DNA of 27,542 nucleotides from a virus: the UHGV virus genome UHGV-0088497. One strand, written 5' to 3'. Both the position numbers and the translations under genes were made by a program. Below the pieces are notes generated by a model that saw only the letters and a list, made by a program, of their open reading frames with translations, was not told the DNA's origin and ran no database searches. Below, piece by piece: positions 24,078-27,542 of the stretch (positions within the stretch are counted from its first letter, which is position 1; each line of letters opens with the position of its first letter).

Positions 24078-24509
24078 ATGTTCCTCAAAAAAGAACCATT
24101 TAACTACCTTGGCGAATCCACCACGCTGAATGAACTGTCAGCGCTTCAGCGTATTGAGTACCTTGAATTTCTGGCTGCGGAAGAAAAGACACTTGGTCAT
24201 GAAAGCGACAGCATCAGCGATCAGGAAATGACTGCCCGTCTGGTGGGTTCAAACATCCGCTGCGGTGCGCGCGTGATCGCACTTTCTCTCTGGCATAATG
24301 ACCCCGCAGGTCCCGACGAAGAAGCGCTTTACCAGCAGGTTCTCAAAGGCTGGCCGCCGGAAGCGATCGGCAAGGCTGAAATGCAGGTTAAGTTGCTCTC
24401 CGGCATGCTCGTTCCGGTTGATGATGACAACACTGACGATCCAGGTGCCCCATCAGAGGCCGAAGGCGCAGAAGCTGTTACGGCGGAAAAGCCCTTGCCA
24501 GCGAGCTGA
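24078..24509 (+). CDS. tail assembly chaperone (lambda gpG-like)
   Basis: Starts MFLKKEPF (lambda gpG MFLKTESF) with LSALQRIE and SLWHN matches; GGAGGGGG upstream of ATG 24078. The track ORF start at 24033 overlaps the gpV end. Confidence 0.85.
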   Translation: MFLKKEPFNYLGESTTLNELSALQRIEYLEFLAAEEKTLGHESDSISDQEMTARLVGSNIRCGARVIALSLWHNDPAGPDEEALYQQVLKGWPPEAIGKAEMQVKLLSGMLVPVDDDNTDDPGAPSEAEGAEAVTAEKPLPAS

Positions 24510-24832
24510 AATTTGTCCTGAATCTGGCGCGCGAGTTCGGGCGACCCGACTGGCGCGCCATGCTGGCTGGAATGACTTCTGGTGAGCTGGGTGACTGGCA
24601 CCAGTTCTACCGGGAACATTATTTTCAGGACGCGCAGCTCGATGCGCATTTTTCCGGGCTGCTTTATTCCATCTCTTCTATTTTCTTCCGCGATCCGGAA
24701 CTTACCCCCGCACATTTCAGCCTGCTTTCTCCTTCCGGCAGCATCATCAGTGATGATGAACCGGATGATGACACGCTGATGGCCGCAGCTGAGGGGATCA
24801 CAGGAGGTATCCGATATGGCCCAGCAGATTAG
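24078..24832 (+). CDS. gpG-T fusion chaperone via programmed -1 ribosomal frameshift (putative slip site GGAAAAG at 24485-24491)
   Basis: The -1 frame after the end of G encodes a gpT-like sequence (KFVLNLAREFGRPDWRAMLAGM...; lambda T: VLNLARELGRPDWRAMLAGM as recalled) with no start codon of its own until 24560. Confidence 0.6.
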
Positions 24833-27176
24833 CGATCTGGTCATCAACCTTGATGTCGACAGCGCCACGTTCAGCGAGCAGGTTGCCCGCATAAAGGGCC
24901 AACTCACAGGGATGGCTGATGATTCTGAAAAAGTCCAGACGCGAATGCAGCGCGCCTCAGAGCGACAGGTTGCAGCATTAAAAAGTGTGGGGGATGCAGG
25001 AGCTTCTGCAGCGGCGGAAATCAAATCCCGCCAGGCAGACGCCACGGAAGGGTTGGCTCAAAACTGGCAAAAAGTATCTAAATCCGTTGATGAAACACAC
25101 CGCCGGGTGACAGACCTCAGCCAGCGCATGCGTGAGAATGACGGCCAGGCGGCAGTGCTCGCAAGGCGGCAGGATGAACTTGCTGCATCTTTTTTTCGCC
25201 AGATAGACAGTGTTCGCCAGTTGAACGGAGAAACACAATCTCTCGCTAATGTGCAGGCACGCTTTCGTGCCGCAAGGGCTCAGGGAAATATTACCCAGCA
25301 GGATTACCTTGCGTTGATCTCTCATACGACAGCCCGACAGAAAGAGCTTCAGATTGTCGAAGAGAAAGCAGGGATTGCACGGGCGCGTTTTCTCCGTCAA
25401 CTGAAGTCTCAGGTTGTGGAGCAAAAGCTCTCCGGTACCGAACTGCTGCGAATGAAGGCTGCACAGGTTGGAGCCAGTGATGCCGCAGAAGTTTATATCC
25501 GTAAGCTTGAAGCGGCTAAAGTCGCCACGCACGGGCTGGGTCTGCAAAGTGCTGCGGCGCGTCGGGAACTTGGCGTTCTGATGGGCGAAGTCATGCGCGG
25601 TAACTTTGGTGCCCTTCGTGGTTCCGGTATTACGCTGGCCAACCGCGCCGGATGGATAGATCAGCTGATGACTTTACGCGGGCTGGGCATGGCCGGCATG
25701 GTCGGGGGGGTTGCTGCGGCGGTTGTTGGGTTGGGTAAAGCCTGGTATGACGGCAGCAAAGAGTCTGAGGAATTTAATAAACAGCTAATCCTGACCGGGA
25801 ACTACGCGGGTAAAACATCCGGTCAGCTTCAGGCGCTGGCGCGCTCGCTGGCCGGTAATGGTATCACTCAGCATGCCGCTGCAGGCGTGCTGGCGCAGGT
25901 CGTTGGAAGCGGCGCGTTCAGCGGTAATGACGTCAGCATGGTCAGCAATGTCGCCGCCAGGCTGCAGCAGGCTACCGGGCAGGCCGTCGACGAAACCATA
26001 AATCAGTTTAAACGCCTGAAGGATGATCCGGTTAACGCGGTCGCGACGCTCAATGATTCCCTGCATTTTCTGACGGCCACCCAGTATGAACAGATTTCCT
26101 CTGCTCAGGCGCTGGGGGATTCGCAGAAAGCAGCCGAGCTGGCAATGCGGGCATATTCTGACGCCGTTATACAACGAGCGGGGGCTGTAGAGGACAATCT
26201 TGGTTCTCTCGAAAAAGCGTGGAACTGGGTGAAGAATGCTGCTTCCGGGGCGTGGGATGCGATGCTGGGCGTAGGGCGTAATCCTGACACCGCGATGAAG
26301 CGCCAGGACTCTTTCGCTGAATGGCAGGCAGCAGAGAAAGAGTACCGCGCGCTGTCCAGCAATCTTAAAGTCGACCCAGATTATGCCGGTAACAACGTTC
26401 TGCAGAAAGCTGATGCGGAAAGGCTGAGAAACGCGCGCCAGCAGGTGGAGCTTAAAAAGCAGGCTTATGATCTGGCTGATCAGCAATATGCCCAGGAAGG
26501 ACTGACAGCCGCGCGGGAAAAAATGCGGACGGATCAGCAAACTCAGGCAATCCGCAGCCAGCAGCAGTTTAACCAGTTGGTGGAATCCGGCGCGACGGCG
26601 GCAGAAAAGCGGGCTTCAGCAGAGAAAAAGCTCAGTCAGCTTATTGAGAAAAACCGTCAGGATGCGAAAGACGGTATCGCCACGCTGTGGACTGACAAGG
26701 ACATTGCTGCAGCGCGGGCAGGGATCGAAAAGCAGTTTAAGGACGCCAAAACCCCAAAAGGCAAAAGCTATTCAACGCCAGCCGGGGACAAAGCTGAAGA
26801 AAAAGCACAGGCCGAACTTCTCACCCTTCAGGCCCAGCTTAAAACGCTTGAGCAGCATACCAGCGTGAACGATGTTATCAGCAAACAGCGTCAGGACCTC
26901 TGGCAGACTGAAAATCAGTTCACAGTTCTTCAGGAGGCCGCTGGTCGTCGTCAGCTTACGGCGCAGGAAAAATCCCTGCTGTTCCAGGTCGAGCAGGCCG
27001 AAGCCTCCAAGCGGGAACTCGTGGCCGGAGGGCTCAAGGTTTCCCAGCTCGAAGACGAAGAACAGTGGAAAAAAGTCGCCATTGAAAAGGTGTGGCCTGA
27101 AATGGCGGACTTCGTGGGCGGCAAGGATGCCATCAACGAATATCTGAAGGCTTGCGGCAAGCAGCCCTGGAACTAA
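24816..27176 (+). CDS. tail tape measure protein (lambda gpH-like)
   Basis: 786-aa Ala/Gln-rich, largely helical ORF directly after G/T; GGAGG upstream of ATG 24816. Confidence 0.85.
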   Translation: MAQQISDLVINLDVDSATFSEQVARIKGQLTGMADDSEKVQTRMQRASERQVAALKSVGDAGASAAAEIKSRQADATEGLAQNWQKVSKSVDETHRRVTDLSQRMRENDGQAAVLARRQDELAASFFRQIDSVRQLNGETQSLANVQARFRAARAQGNITQQDYLALISHTTARQKELQIVEEKAGIARARFLRQLKSQVVEQKLSGTELLRMKAAQVGASDAAEVYIRKLEAAKVATHGLGLQSAAARRELGVLMGEVMRGNFGALRGSGITLANRAGWIDQLMTLRGLGMAGMVGGVAAAVVGLGKAWYDGSKESEEFNKQLILTGNYAGKTSGQLQALARSLAGNGITQHAAAGVLAQVVGSGAFSGNDVSMVSNVAARLQQATGQAVDETINQFKRLKDDPVNAVATLNDSLHFLTATQYEQISSAQALGDSQKAAELAMRAYSDAVIQRAGAVEDNLGSLEKAWNWVKNAASGAWDAMLGVGRNPDTAMKRQDSFAEWQAAEKEYRALSSNLKVDPDYAGNNVLQKADAERLRNARQQVELKKQAYDLADQQYAQEGLTAAREKMRTDQQTQAIRSQQQFNQLVESGATAAEKRASAEKKLSQLIEKNRQDAKDGIATLWTDKDIAAARAGIEKQFKDAKTPKGKSYSTPAGDKAEEKAQAELLTLQAQLKTLEQHTSVNDVISKQRQDLWQTENQFTVLQEAAGRRQLTAQEKSLLFQVEQAEASKRELVAGGLKVSQLEDEEQWKKVAIEKVWPEMADFVGGKDAINEYLKACGKQPWN

Positions 27177-27191
27177 ACGACATCCCTCCAC

Positions 27192-27227
27192 AAAAAAGCC
27201 CGGACGGTTTTTGTCCGGGCTTTTTTT
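27192..27227. terminator. bidirectional Rho-independent terminator (A6-GCCCGGAC-loop-GTCCGGGC-T7)
   Basis: Perfect 8-bp GC-rich stem (27198-27205 / 27213-27220) flanked by an upstream A-run and a downstream T-run, between convergent H and the minus-strand gene. Confidence 0.8.
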
Positions 27228-27269
27228 GCGGGAAGAGGGAAAACGCCGTTGCCCGTCTGCGGAAAGGCG

Positions 27270-27542
27270 TCAGGCCCGGCCCTGCTTCCAGCACCATACC
27301 TTTCCGAGTGCCATCGCGGGAATCATGGACAAGGCAGGGATAAGCGAAACCAGCGAACCCGCGAGGATAAACAGGACGCCCACCACCATGCTCACCGGAA
27401 TGGCTTCCTGCAGAAAAACCAAGGCCAGCACGGGCGCGAGGGCGGGCTTGAAGAAGAAGACCAATGAGGCGGTGATCGGAGAGGTCGCCTCCATCGCCAT
27501 AAAGTAGCAGGCAAAGCCCGCCCCGGTCACGCCGACGCAGAT
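27270..27542 (-). CDS. partial CDS (C-terminal part; continues beyond window end): polytopic membrane protein, EamA/DMT-transporter-like
   Basis: Hydrophobic helices (VGVLFILAGSLVSLIPA, ALAPVLALVFLQEAIP) typical of DMT-family transporters; the ORF runs off the window, so the N-terminus is missing. Confidence 0.45.
   Translation of the reverse strand: MCVGVTGAGFACYFMAMEATSPITASLVFFFKPALAPVLALVFLQEAIPVSMVVGVLFILAGSLVSLIPALSMIPAMALGKVWCWKQGRA

Noticed and set aside
19436-26540. Numerous antisense or out-of-frame ORFs inside the head and tail genes (for example 20222-20779, 21074-21544, 23536-24088, 24329-25045, 25785-26540).
   Set aside because: They fully overlap well-supported structural genes with recognisable family resemblance, and have odd composition (Cys/Arg/Ser-rich); shadow ORFs of GC-rich coding sequence.
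1-27542. CRISPR arrays, tRNA or rRNA genes, and integrase/att sites.
   Set aside because: No regularly spaced direct repeats with unique spacers, no cloverleaf-like tRNA candidates and no integrase-like ORF found by eye; the attachment region is presumably outside this window.

Overview
The window is almost entirely a lambdoid enterobacterial prophage (mosaic of lambda-like, phage-21-like and Gifsy-like modules). Left to right: leftward early genes on the minus strand (34-1548, translationally coupled); an AT-rich opposite-strand membrane-protein gene (1774-2259); the immunity region (CI-like repressor 2484-3110 on minus, Cro-like and CII-like on plus, with shared operator motifs on both sides of cI); an O-like replication initiator with internal iterons; a nin-like block (Dam-family methyltransferase with long C-terminal extension, RusA, Rha-type antirepressor, DUF968/HNH-like protein); antiterminator Q (8618-8983); a ~4 kb accessory island between Q and the lysis genes; a phage-21-type lysis cassette (dual-start pinholin, SAR endolysin, Rz with embedded Rz1); a lambda-like cos site; then lambda-like packaging, head and tail genes (Nu1, A, W, B, protease-scaffold-capsid fusion, decoration-like, Z, U, V, G/G-T frameshift, tape measure H). 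The window ends just after H with a bidirectional terminator and the 3' part of an antisense transporter-like gene. I saw no rRNA, tRNA or CRISPR array. The best candidate for an undescribed system is the AT-rich, antisense two-gene cassette at 9022-10437 (soluble 315-aa protein plus 4-TM 149-aa membrane protein, Rex-like architecture); secondary candidates are the membrane protein beside cI, a 40-aa hydrophobic peptide gene at 14523-14645, and an acidic protein/methyltransferase module upstream of lysis. All calls rest on motif and architecture recognition and recalled family sequences; no database search or computation was run, and GC/codon statements are by-eye impressions.
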